A stretch of 64,000 bases of DNA from Lingula anatina. Taxonomy: Eukaryota; Animalia; Brachiopoda. The notes under the pieces were generated by a model. It was not told where the DNA came from, searched no databases, and saw only the letters and a list, made by a program, of their open reading frames with translations. Positions 34,940 to 47,268 of the stretch are shown here, one piece after another (the first letter of the stretch is position 1; every line of letters starts with the position of its first letter). The stretch is taken from contig CM120644.1 of assembly GCA_051362555.1 (NCBI GenBank), positions 10,052,954-10,116,953 of the forward strand, in the 5' to 3' direction. The translations under genes were made by a program, and so were the position numbers.

Positions 34940-35776
34940 TAAGAGACAAGGTGGACACACTGAAACAAGATGTGGTAAAGCGCATGTCAGCATAAACTCG
35001 GCACCGACTATTTAATGGAATGTTCAGAAAATATTTTCACAGATTAACAAGCGCTGGCACCTGGCACTTGTCAATATTTTTTATGTTTTTTTTATGTGCA
35101 GGGAACACGGTAAATTATTTATCCCATTTTTAGCTGAGGGTAACATAATTATGTATTATCTTCATATTTTCTTCGTTGAATTTATCATATTATCATTTAT
35201 CATATCACTACTGTGATTGAATGATGTGATTCTACACGACTAATTGGAATAAATTACATGAGGTATGAATATGTTGTAATTTTCCTTGACATTCATTCCA
35301 AACAGCCAATTCTACATGTTACTGCTCTCGGCTGGGAGAACAGCTAGCAACAGATGCACAAATCGGGCTAAGCTCAGCACCTGTGCTATATTTAATCTGG
35401 GACATTTGGGACGAAGAAAGTAAAAATATGTAGTTACTATATTTCTTTTTTTTTTTTTTTTTTTATTTTTTTTATTATGGAAAAAAATAATAATAATAAG
35501 TAAATAAATAAACACAAATAGAGTATATATATATATGTTCCTTTCATACACGCACACATACCCACGTACGCACAACACTCATACTTGGTCACTGCTAATA
35601 TGTATATTATCCTTGCATTACACAGTTGTGTTTACAAAAATAGACTAATTAGTTGTCTGTCCATTTCACTCAAATATAGTAACTTCATCTCTAAGTGCCT
35701 GCTGATTAACAAAACAAAATTAAATAAAATATAATAGAAAACTTAAACCCAAAAGATAAAGAAAGGGATGCTACTG

Positions 35777-38700
35777 CTATTCCCCTTCAACAAAAAGTGG
35801 TAACCATTGTGCCCATTGTTTAACAAAGTTGTCATATGTGCAAGATCCATGACGCAAAGCAATATTTTTTTCAACATGATACATAAATTTTATGTAACCC
35901 AAAAGACCTTGAAAGCTTGGGGTCTTTTTTTGTTTCAGGCACTTGTAAATATATAGTTTTCCAAACATAATAAGTAAATTAAAAATTTTACTTTCCGTTG
36001 TGCATTTTATTCCAAACAAGATTTTATAGTCATCGAGATCCAAATTGACATTAGTTTTTTCGAGTATATGGTCTTGAAACTTATTCCAAAGAGGACGCAC
36101 ACTATTACACTGTATAAACACATGAAGGAGATCTTCACGGTCTCTTTTACAAAAGCCACATATGTCATTATCCTGAATGCCAATCTTTTTCAAATAAGCA
36201 CCCAAAGGGAGTATCCTATGTATTATTCTAAACTGAAGCCATTGTAACGTTGTATCTCGAGAAGTTCCAAAACAAGTCTCAAAAATTTCTTCCGTTTTTA
36301 AGCGAGCGTCCCCGTTATTGAATAGTTTTTGGTTCCATGTACAGACACCAGTGGGAATAATATTTTTCTTATTTAGGACATTATATACATATCTGTTTCC
36401 TTTTTCATTTAGCATAAGCCCCTTGAAATGAAACGGGTAGTAAGGGGTGACTGTAATAGCCACCTTTTCCTTATCAAATTGTCTTAGAAAAACCTTAACT
36501 GCACTGTACATGCTATTAAACTGCATAGTTTGGACTCTCAAATTGAATTTTTGTTCAAGCACATTCTTTTTCATTAAATTTCCCTGATTGTCCAACATAT
36601 CTCCAAGAACTTTTATTCCTTGTTTGTACCAGGAAGGGATAAACACCGAAGCGTTGTTAATCTTAATTTCAGTATTATACCAAAGAGGTATTGCGCCTGG
36701 GTCACTTGCCCATTCCCTTAACATTTGGACTTTCATAAAGTAAGCCCAAGCTATCAGAGTATCCTGCCAAAATTTGTTTTGGATACGTTCTGCTAACTTC
36801 CTGACATAATCATCACCAAAGTCGAGCAGGTTCTGGATTAACTTTTTTCCTAATATGGATTCTAATATATTAGTCCAAATCTGTTTCCTAGAAATTAGTC
36901 TTTTCAACCAAGAACATTTTAATGATGTAATAAAACATTTTATGTCAATCATTTTAAGGCCACCAGCGTTGTGATTTTGAGAGGCTACGTCCCTTTTAAT
37001 TCTATCACATTTTGACCCCCATACAAAATTATAAAACTCAGTCTCAAGCGATTTAATAAATCCGTTGTTTGGGTTGGGTAGGGAGATAAATAGATGGGTA
37101 AGTTTGGAAATTAATAACGATTTTACAATCGTGGTTTTACCTATTGGGCTAAGGATGCGTTTTTTCCATTGTTTAATCTGACTTTGTACTTTTGTCATTT
37201 GCTTTTGATAATTCAGATCAATCATGTCACTTAACTCTACTGAAAAAGTTATGCCTAACAGCTCAAATATTTGTACCCCCCAATAAAGTTTCCATCTGGA
37301 ATGATGGTACACATCTTTACTATATTTTTTGGAACCTATCCATATTACTTTAGTTTTTGAGGCATTGATGTGTAGTCCAGATAATTTTGCAAAGTATTCA
37401 AGGGTTTCCAGGGAATTGAATAAAGATTCTTTCGATCCATCTAATGTAAGTGAAGTGTCATCTGCATATTGTAAAATCTTATTCTCGATTCCATTAATTG
37501 TTATTCCTTTTATAGATGTGTTGCTCTTTATCAGTATTGACAGCATTTCAGCACTCAATATAAATAAATAAGGGGCTACTGGGTCACCTTGTCGACAACC
37601 TCTTTGGATAGAAAACGGTTTCGACAGGAAACCACATTGTAGAACGGATGCTGTAATGTTAGTGTTTAGTATGTTTACCCATGTTATTAGATTTCTGCCA
37701 AAGCCGAAGATGTTAAGAGCTTTATAGATGAAGGACCAAGCTAAGGAATCAAAAGCTTTTTCGAAGTCAATCAACATTAGAAGGCCAGGAATCTGTCTAT
37801 TCTCAGTATAGTCCATCAGATCATATATTGCTCGTATGTTATCACCCAAGTATCTACCGGGTATGAAACCCGACTGCGATGGAGGTATGAGAGAATTCAG
37901 AGTGCGTTTTATTCGTCCACAGATACATCCAGAAATAATCTTATAAAATACATTCAGGAGTGTAATCGGCCTCCAGTTTTTCATGTCTTTTCTTGATTTT
38001 TCTCCTTTTGGGAGACATACAATGATTCCGAGTCTTTGTGAGATAGGCAACATTTTTTAAAAAAAAATATCATTTATAGCTCTTTTGATAAAGTACTTGA
38101 GATCATTCCAAAAAAATTTGTAGAACTCGGCTGAAAAGCCATCACTTCCTGGGGACTTGTTATTCTTCATTGATTTAATAACACTTAGGATTTCAGTTAA
38201 TGTAAATTCTTGATCTAATTCGTGAGCAGTAACATTGTCCAATTTATTAAAGGAATACGGTTCTAGTACATTACTGAGGTCTACGTCATCTATTTCATTT
38301 TCTTTGCTTGAATACAAATTTTCATAGAAAAGCTTCACCTCCTTAAGGATTTCTGACTGTTCGTAGACTGTTCCTTTTCCATCTATATCTAGCACCTGAA
38401 TAGTTTTATTCAGAAAGTTTCTGGACTCTAAACCACAAAAATATTGCGTCGGTTTCTCCCCCTCGTCAACCCATTGTGCGCGTGATCTTATCATGCTTCC
38501 CCGTAGTTTCCCTTTCCTTAATGTTTCTAGTGATTGTATTTTTTCTTCCAAGATGCCATTATGTACTAAATTTCCTGCGTCATTGTCATCTTTAAGTTTT
38601 TGTATCTCATCAATAAGTTCCTTTTCCTTCTTATTCTTATCTTTTTTCTTAGCACTAGCATGTGATATAGTTACCCCCCTTATTTCCATTAGTAGTACTT

Positions 38701-39604
38701 CCAAAAATAGGCTATCGGATATGGATAATTGCAGGTCTTCTTCTGGAATACAATCAATTATGGATACTTTATACAAGATATTGGCATATTGATTTTTTAT
38801 TCTTTTAATGGTTAGTTTTACTTTGTCAACAAACTCTCTGTCGGTTAGAAGAGAACAATTGAATTTCCACAGACCGGGTCCCCTAACGAAATCATTAAAT
38901 TTTAATTCTAAGACAACTGACGAGTGATCTGATTTGTAACCCGCTTTAATTGAGATATCCGTGACAAGATTTGAGAGGTTATTTGATATTAGTATATAAT
39001 CAAGCCTACCATGTTTAACTGGGTTCTTTTTGTGCCATGTGTATGCTCTTTTGGAAGGATTTATAACTCTGTAGTAATCTACCAGATCCAATTCATCCAT
39101 AGTTTCAATTAATTTTTTTCTAGCTCTTGGGTTATTATTCCTATTGTAATTAAAAGTATCTAAAATTGGATCCATTGCGATATTAAGATCTCCACACACT
39201 ATAATGTTTGTATTTGCAAATTCAAGTATGGATTCCCTAACCTTATCAAAGAATTCTGGATAATCCTCATTTGGACCATAAATGTTTAATAGCGTGACTC
39301 GACAGTCATTAATAGTTAAGTCTACAACGAGTAAGTTACCTTTATCATCTTGTGTTTTTTTATGCACAACTAACTCAAAATTGTTGTTAAAAAGAATTGC
39401 AACTCCCCTACAATTTGAGCGGTATGAATTAAAGATACAAGTATAGCCCCATTGTGTTTCAATATAGGGCTCTAGCTTTGTTGTGAAGTGCGTATCCTGA
39501 AGACATATCACTGAATATTTTCTCCCTTTATAATAATTCAAAACGTCTTTTCTCTTCTCTGGGTTACTTAGTCCTTGACAATTTACTGTGGCGATTTTAA
39601 TCAT
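35777..39604 (-). CDS. LINE ORF2 (APE endonuclease + reverse transcriptase + CCHC), interrupted by one in-frame TAA at 38057-38059
   Basis: EN motifs NCQGL, CLQDTH, CGDLN, RLDY, SDH. RT motifs WRPITLLN, DFEKAFD, RGCRQGDP, QYADD. C-terminal CGFC..EDLLHVFIQC. ORFs 38057-39604 and 35777-38053 are in the same frame. Confidence 0.92.
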
Positions 39605-40362
39605 TTGGAGTGGAAGGAAAAAATATAAGAAGCTGATTTTCTAACCTAACCTGTGGCTTTCCACTTATCATGTTGTCCTTGAAAGTCACGGTGTTACCAA
39701 TGACGACGGCAGACACAAATAACAGTTATAGTATGTGCAGACACATCTGTGTCTGTACAAAGAACAGCAAGTGTAATGCAGGAGCCACACACACCAAAAG
39801 TTATACACATGTTCTCCTCCCACACAGACAACATCCATCCTCGCGATCTCATTCACACTAGTACTTCCTATTTCTATAGTCTTAAGTAGCTTGTCTTTCC
39901 TCAGGTATTCACACACATCATCCACGGATTCACTGACAAAAGATTTCCACACTGATGCGCTGAGAACAACTGATGCGCAGAGAGCAATATACATGAATAG
40001 AATTTCATAATTGTGTGCTCTTGTGCCAAGCATTTACTCTCTAATAATACCACTTCGGCAAACATTTAGTCTATGTGATTAGACATGAAGCACACCTTTT
40101 CTCTGTATTTGTCGTGGATGTAGAAAACATTATAATAGCAATAAGGATAATACTAAAGATAATTGGAAATAAAACAGAATTCCTTATTTACATCCTATAT
40201 GCCTAATTACCACTTTTTACGTTACATGTATGATTTCTATGTATTAAATCTACAGAGATCCTAATTATATATTACTTTTTTTGCACTATTCTGTACAAAT
40301 TAAGACATGAGATGTATCGTTTCAATCAATTTTGCTTGCATCAACATTATAGTGTTAAGGTT

Positions 40363-41370
40363 TTAGTGACGAATTTTTGTTCCAATGTCGTCCCCGATGT
40401 CGAATTTTTTCTTGCCTTCCTTGCCGTTAATCTTGGCATATATACTGCCATTAAAATACCACGCACTTTCACATTCCGGATGGTCATTCAGCAATTTAAG
40501 TAGATCCTTGTTTTCTTTTGTAACATCGTCTGCTAGCCTCAGGGCTCTGTCGGACCTTTTTAGCACACCCCTTTTGCGCATGATACGGGATTTTATCTCT
40601 GTGTTTTTTAACTTTAAGATGATCGGCCTGGGTTCCCCTGGTTTGCCGGGAATCCTGTGCACTGCCACAATATCATCGCCTTTCACCTCTTCCTGTATCT
40701 TCTCTTTTAATGTTTTAATTACTAGGGCAGAAGTTGTCTGATCGCCCGATTCAGACTCCGGGATGCCATATATTTTTATATTGTTTTTTCGGCTGTATTG
40801 TTCATTATGGTTGGCTTTTATCATTGCCGACGAAGCTACCTTGGCTGCCTCTTTCATCGCTCTGTTCATTTTGTCGATGCGTTGGTCATTTTCTCGTAAT
40901 GTTTGTCTCAAATTATGATTCTCCAGCTCTAGTCCGTCAAGTTTGTCTTGTAGAACTCCTATTTTCCTTTTATTTTCCTCATTTTCTATTTTACTACTTT
41001 CTCTGATTTCGTCAATTTTTATTTCCAGGTTCTGTAACTTAGCATTCATTTCTTTGACTGTTTCGCCCACAACTGTTTTAATAATTTCACTAAGGTCCTC
41101 CTTCTTAACGGTTTGCTTTATTTCATATTCAATCTCCTCCAGTTTCGTCATGAGGGATACCGATTCATCACCGCTGACAAAAGAGAGTTCACCGCTGGTG
41201 TTTGAGATTTCACAATGTAGCCTTTTAGGTGCCTGCGTAATTTCAGGGGAGTCATTGCGTTCTATTATTTCTTCTTTGCTATTTTTATTGGACATTTTTG
41301 TCCCCTTTGTTTGCTTAGATTCTTTAGTATTTGCACTGAAATATTTTGACTTTGTCCCTCGGGTACTCAT
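40363..41370 (-). CDS. LINE ORF1 (coiled coil + RRM-like L1/Tx1 ORF1p)
   Basis: Heptad-rich coiled coil followed by EQYSRKNNIKIYGIPE...VHRIPG...RPIILKL...LADDVT; first ATG at 41370. Confidence 0.9.
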   Translation of the reverse strand: MSTRGTKSKYFSANTKESKQTKGTKMSNKNSKEEIIERNDSPEITQAPKRLHCEISNTSGELSFVSGDESVSLMTKLEEIEYEIKQTVKKEDLSEIIKTVVGETVKEMNAKLQNLEIKIDEIRESSKIENEENKRKIGVLQDKLDGLELENHNLRQTLRENDQRIDKMNRAMKEAAKVASSAMIKANHNEQYSRKNNIKIYGIPESESGDQTTSALVIKTLKEKIQEEVKGDDIVAVHRIPGKPGEPRPIILKLKNTEIKSRIMRKRGVLKRSDRALRLADDVTKENKDLLKLLNDHPECESAWYFNGSIYAKINGKEGKKKFDIGDDIGTKIRH

Positions 41371-42099
41371 AGTCACTGTTCTCTGCTATATACGGGGATG
41401 AAAAGAATAGGAGAGATGCTTATTGCCTTTGTTATTGGCCTAATTTGACCATGCATGAATTCGCAGTCTAAGGATGGGGTGTGTTCATTGATAGCTCTTT
41501 ATATGTCAGTGCATAGTCCAATACGTGTTGACAACTGTTCAGGTCCACGTATGCATATACTGTATACGTATATATGTTATAAATGTATTTTTCCAAAGGT
41601 ATATAATTTTTAGCAATATTAAGCGCGCGGTGTATCTGTTGTTCGCTGTCCGGAATGTTCGACGCAATCTTTTAGTAATTGAATATTTTCATAAGTTCTT
41701 TGTAACACTCACCTCCCTCGTAGCGACGTAACGTAATGTCCCGATCAAGGAGTGATGAGAAAAAAACTTTCAAAAAGACCCACGCAGAGAACATTGAGTG
41801 CTAAACTCTTTCTTAGCTTTTTCTTCAATAGTTCATAGTGCATTTTATAAAAATTTCGGTGGCAAAGTATACAGACTTACTGCCTGTTGCCGAGAGTTTT
41901 CTCAGAGCTCACGCACAGTCCTCATCACACACCGCCATCTTGTCCCAAACCCTAGTTACTATATTTCTAAGTGCACTGTATGTGTCAGAGACAAAATGTC
42001 AGGGTTATAAACGAACTTTACGTATTTCCGTCCTGTGAATTCACCCCCCCCCCCCTTTAAATCTGTACATATGGAACTTAATGTAAGTATTTATATCAA

Positions 42100-42390
42100 A
42101 ATCGCACAAATAGCCTCCGCCTCACACTATTATCCGTTCATCTCTACCGTCAGACTTTTCAGCTGACAGCTGGAAGAACTGCTCAGCGAGATGAAATTAT
42201 GGAATGAAAACCAGTTGGGAAAGATCGACCCCCCCCCCAGCCACCCAACCCCTCACGGATCAACTTGTTTGAAAGTCACCGTGAAATTTATTCAACGCCG
42301 TTAACTGCCACCTGCATCAAATTCTCTCTCTCTCTCTCTTGGTTTCATATTTTAAATATTAAAATATCTACTACCTCAATACCATGCAGT
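42100..42390 (+). other. Orphan remnant of the EF-hand family upstream block (no CDS follows)
   Basis: TTCAACGCCGTTAACTGCCACCTGCATCA matches the block upstream of copy 7 (~33770) and, in reverse, of copies 2, 5 and 6; boundaries approximate. Confidence 0.5.
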
Positions 42391-42784
42391 AAACTGAAGC
42401 CCGCATTCTAATATAATGGCTACAGAATCATAAAAAAATGTTTTATTTGCTTTCACTTTACAAACTTTTCAGCAGCTGTATTTACAGGTAACCACTTCCA
42501 TTTCTGTCGCTACAAAAATTAATTCAGAAAATGCTGAAGTTATTCAAAATTGACTGCGTCAATGCCAGAAAGCAAACTGTTTTTTACAAAAGTTCAAAGA
42601 GTTCAGGCAAATATATCACAATTCGACCGTGGGTGTTTTTTTTTAGTTCAGTTTTATTAGAGAGAAGATCGGAACTTTGTGACACAGTCGGGAAGCACAG
42701 CATTTGATAAAACACCAGTCAGAATTAACTCAGCAAAGACCACAAAGATCCACATGTAGTGGCGCTGGTCTCTGGCACCTACAC

Positions 42785-43735
42785 ACACTGGACAATAGAA
42801 GTGTCACCCCTACTGAACCAATACTATGCGGGAGATAAATGACTGTGGAATGATATGCTCCTGGTATCATTTTATTAACATCAAATTTCACAAAAAATCA
42901 CAAAATGAGAACAAAATATACATTCTACCAAAATATGCAGTTTCAAGTCCAAAATTAGTAATTAGTGCCATAGCCACGTGACCTAATAATAGGTGCCAGT
43001 CTACGAGGCAAGGATTCATTTAATTGTCTAATGCGTTCAGGGCTTATGCTGGCCCACGCATGAAACACTGAATATAACAGAGTTTCTCTGCTGGTAAGAC
43101 GGGCATTTGTGAGAAGTTTTGACATATCATTCCACACAATTTCTATTATGTTTGCATCCGGACTGTGGGCAGGTCACATCACCCTGCGAATGTCCTGTTG
43201 GTCAAACCAATCATCAACTGCTCTGGGCCTGTGACAAGGAGCATTGTCATCCTGGTGCACAAATGGATAAATCCTGTCACCAAACATGTTATAGATAGTA
43301 ATAGATGGTAGCAAGCCTGACTCCAAAACATCGATATATTTCTAGTGATTCATGTTTCCATCAACCACTATCAATTCGCCCACGCCATGGATGCTGATGC
43401 AGCCCCACACCATGATAAATATGCTGCTCCTGGTTCGAAAATTCAGTGCATGTGGTTCAAATGCTTTACCAGCAGTTCGCCAGCATCGTACCCGTCTGTC
43501 ATCAGAGGTCAGACCAAAGCGACACTCATCAAAAAAATATATATAGGACCAATTGTCATGGACTGTCCAGTTCCAGATCCTGTTGACCCTAGTTCACTCT
43601 ACGTTGCCTGTTTTGTATCGATATAAGAGGTTTCAGACTTGCTACCCTGCTGTACACTCTCTGAGCATGTAACCGACGCCTAGCAATTTTCACAGACACG
43701 TTCTTATGTGTGAAATTGTTCCACTGTGTTGTCAA
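42785..43735 (-). mobile_element. Tc1/mariner transposon fragment (decayed transposase, one TIR)
   Basis: Relics FFDECRFGL, MVWGCIS, QDDNAPCHR, HSPDANIIEIVWN, LNESLPRRL..IIRSRGYGTNY; terminus CACTGGACAATAGAAGTGTCACCC. 5' part truncated by a LINE. Confidence 0.85.
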
Positions 43736-44143
43736 CTCGGGAGGAAAGAGAGCAACTAACCAAAGCTGTAAAAACAACTGCAAGCAAGATTATCGGGCAG
43801 GATCTACCCAAGCTGGCTCATATTTTTGAAGACAGAATGGAGAAAAGAACCGTCAACACCATGGAAGAATATTTTCATCCTGCATCATCACTTTTACGTT
43901 TTTACAAAGCCAATAGTAGACTTTTAACTTTTATAGGCAGTAAACGCTTTTTAAACAGCTTTTATCCAAATGCAGTGACGCATTTTAATTTGATCTCAAA
44001 ACCAAATTCTTAATTTATCTATTGGATTAATTTTACTCTGTATATTATCAAACTTGCTCCAAAAGGAAAACGATTTCCGATTTTTATAATTGGCTAAATA
44101 AACTCTTATCTTATCTTATCTTATCTTATCTTATCTTATCTTA
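43735..44143 (+). mobile_element. 5'-truncated LINE 3' end (Rex1/Babar or CR1-like) with (TCTTA)n tail
   Basis: TASKIIGQDLP...HPA...RFLNSFYPNAV C-terminal motif, AATAAA, then (TCTTA)n. Confidence 0.75.
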
Positions 44144-47100
44144 TAGTAGTCTGTTACAAAAGTTTGTATATTATTGTAGGAGCCCCTGATGTCACAGGGT
44201 ATACGTAGGTAAAAACAACTATCCAATATGCAAACAAGGGTATTATAGCAGCTTCTCGTGACTACGCAATTTTTTTCGTTCTTTTTATTTATCACTTCTA
44301 ATTTGTTAAATTATGAGACAGCAATGACTGTTGGGGGTTAATGTCGGAGTCTTATGTTTAATAAAAAAAAACATGTAGGCCTACGTGTTTCCTCGTGGAT
44401 TTTTTTTTTTTTTTTGTTATAGAAATGAAAATGTGAACGTGGGAATGGGAATGGGAACGAAGGTACATTTTGAGTTATAAATAGGAAATGTCATGTCTGA
44501 GAGTCCCCTGACAAAGTCTCCCTCAGTTACTTTGAATGTGACAGCCCCGTCCTAGATTTTGAACCACAATAACATCATGCTCCCCATAACCTACATGTAT
44601 ATGTATATAACGGAGCATGCATGGACTCCCAGGCTCTTTAAACCGGTTTAATATCCAATTTGAATGTGGTTGATTCTTCGTTTTCCTATTCGTTGCTTTA
44701 ATCAAAACACTCAATATCTGAGGATAGGTCAGTGAAACTCCTAATTCCATAGAGGGCTTAAATCAGGTCCGCAGACAAATCGATACATTTTATAAAATCT
44801 GTTTTGAGGGATATTCTTTTCTAAATCAGAGCCATTAAAACTTATAGCTCAGGACAATTAAATTGATTTGATCTAAATTTATCGAAACGGTGGCCTAACA
44901 GTCTATTTATGGAAAACGCTCATTTTTGTTGCTCCATATGTATACTAGTTCCTACGAATATGCAATAACCTTACCGTGTTTATCCTGTTGTTCTGTTTTC
45001 CTTTTGGGTAATCCAAGACGATTTCTTTAAACTGCATACGTAGATTTTTAAACTAGGGCATTCTTTAACTGATCACATGCAGAAACTAACCCGTCTCTCC
45101 ACGAATAACAACAGGTTGTTGTTTTACACCCAACACAAGTAATTACAGAGTGTTATAGTTTGTTGTAGGAGGTCGTAAGGTTACAGGTGGTAACTATACC
45201 GCTCCCAGGGTTCAATCAGAGTGGCGCATGGCTCATTGTAAGGTGTGGTTACAAGAGAGTAATTTGGATCGGAATTCTGTCCACCTTTTGTCGTCTGACT
45301 ACGGGATGACAGACCGGTCGCAGTTTCCTTGTATTGTGGTTGGCTGATGGTGCGATGAAGACCTATCACCGGTCCAAAACAATCCTCGATTGAACTTATT
45401 TTTACATTTACACTCACCTTTTGTCTGTAGTGCTGCCTATTGGATATACCGGTTGAATCCACAATTCTAAAATTGCATTCAAAGTTCAGCATTTCATAAC
45501 ACAACTCCTCTACCAGACTGTTTCTGTGGGAATTCTTGAGCCCAGGCCAAATTTTAACAACTTGAGTAGCAAAAACTGTGTCAATAGAAAATTGTCGACG
45601 CAGAGTGAGAGTGCTGCTGAGGTAGCAAAATGTGAGAGGAATGATGGAAAAACATACGCGATAGAGGAATCTGGGTCAAGTAAAAAAAAATTGGAGACAG
45701 AAATAACCAAATGAACGGGGTGCTAGAATAAGTAGGCAAAGATTGGCCGCAGGCCCGTTCACACTGTTTTAAGGTGGATAAATCCTGATACTATGAGCGG
45801 AGGTAATTTCCATTCACCCTTTTAATATACAGAGTCATTTTATCATTGACCTCTATACAAACAGCTATATACAACCACCACCAGTGCGGCAGGAATGGAA
45901 GTCCGGGGTCCCACATAATTGGTACAGGTTAGGAATAGTCGGATTATTGGGGTTAGTACATGGGGCTAACGACACCTCTATATATAAGTAATGGGGAATG
46001 GACTACTGTTCTTAGCGGACTACCATCCCTGTTACACCGGTCTGTCTGACCGCATTGTGAACGCCGTTGAATTATGCGGTTAACGTGAATAAATCATACT
46101 CCCATGAAATAGCGCGGAAAATGGGGCGCGCTGAGTGGTAATTGAGTGTAGACGCATTGGTTGCTAAGAAGCCACGTGCCGCGCAGTACACTTACGACGC
46201 GCCTTTAGAGCAACGTCAAGGGTTGGATAGTGCATTAAGGGCTGGGGGAGGCAATGGGAATGGTTAACAAAAATGCAAAAGAAACTACGAACGAAAGGAG
46301 AAAGGAGAAAGACCGCAATTAAGAATGTGAATCCACAGGAAGAGTGCTTAATCTTAATTAAACTACATGGAAAATAACAATTAATTTTCATTGTCGCGAT
46401 GTAGCGTTTTTCAAATTGATTGCATTAGCAAAGTGCGTAATAGATGTATTTTCTCCCTAAAAATTAATTAATTAATTAATTAATTAATTAATTACTTTAG
46501 ATTTATTCATTTGTTTATTTCTTATATATTTTGAAGTTGTGTAATACATGTACCATTCGCCTTATTCATATAGACCATAATCCTTTGCGCGCAACAGGAG
46601 TTCCGGTATTTTTTCCCCATATCAAATCTATAGACGCTCGAATAAAATGCCGCACAGGTAAGTGAAAAATGATAATTTAATTTAAAAATCTGACCGTCTT
46701 CCGAAAGACCCAGAAGACGGCCTAAATCCGCCCCTGACTGTATACTTTAGCATTTTACTTTTTGACAAATGTTTTTATCTCAAAAAGAGGGGAAAAAACA
46801 TCGATGCATATTAGCAACAAGAATACATATGCCAATGTCTAGGCCACGGTAAATTGCATTTTTCAGAGAGAAGACAAAAACGAACTATTTCATTTCTTTC
46901 ACATCTCTTTGACCAATGTTATGTTATTTTGGTTTAAATATACAAACCCCATGCATATGTTATACCATTTAGAAATGGAAACAATATAATATCTGAAGAT
47001 GGTACCATTAATTCACAATATAAACATTTGTAATGACTTGCAACCCCGGGACCCCGGATTATCCCCATGACAACCATTCCTGTCGCAACCATACTTACAT

Positions 47101-47268
47101 CTATTGCGTTAGTTGAGAAATGGGATGTGTTTACAAACCAAGAGACAATAGCATGATACAATCAAATAGTGAAATATGATCTGTTCTCAGCTACACTGTA
47201 TATGTATCATTTACATGTACCGTACATTAACCCCTCACTCCATACTTTAAATTGGTTTCGGGGGTATT

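Larger units (their letters stand above)
35447..41952 (-). mobile_element. Full-length L1/Tx1-clade non-LTR retrotransposon (6.5 kb)
   Basis: 16-bp TSD TAGTTACTATATTTCT at 35431-35446 and 41953-41968; poly(A) tail at ~35447-35475; 5' end GGGTTTGGGACAAGATGGCGG; ORF1 plus ORF2; TT/AGAAA target site. Confidence 0.95.

Noticed and set aside
38051-38065. Programmed readthrough or a genuine three-ORF LINE
   Set aside because: The stop falls inside the normally continuous start of the RT region, at a homopolymer boundary; a point mutation or base-call error is simpler.
37329-41401. Plus-strand ORFs over the LINE; alternative-frame ORFs over the FucT and MTase genes
   Set aside because: Antisense or shadow frames of real CDSs, without motifs.
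45181-45714. Possible decayed coding segment
   Set aside because: Short ORFs on both strands with no motif I can recognise; not supportable without a search.
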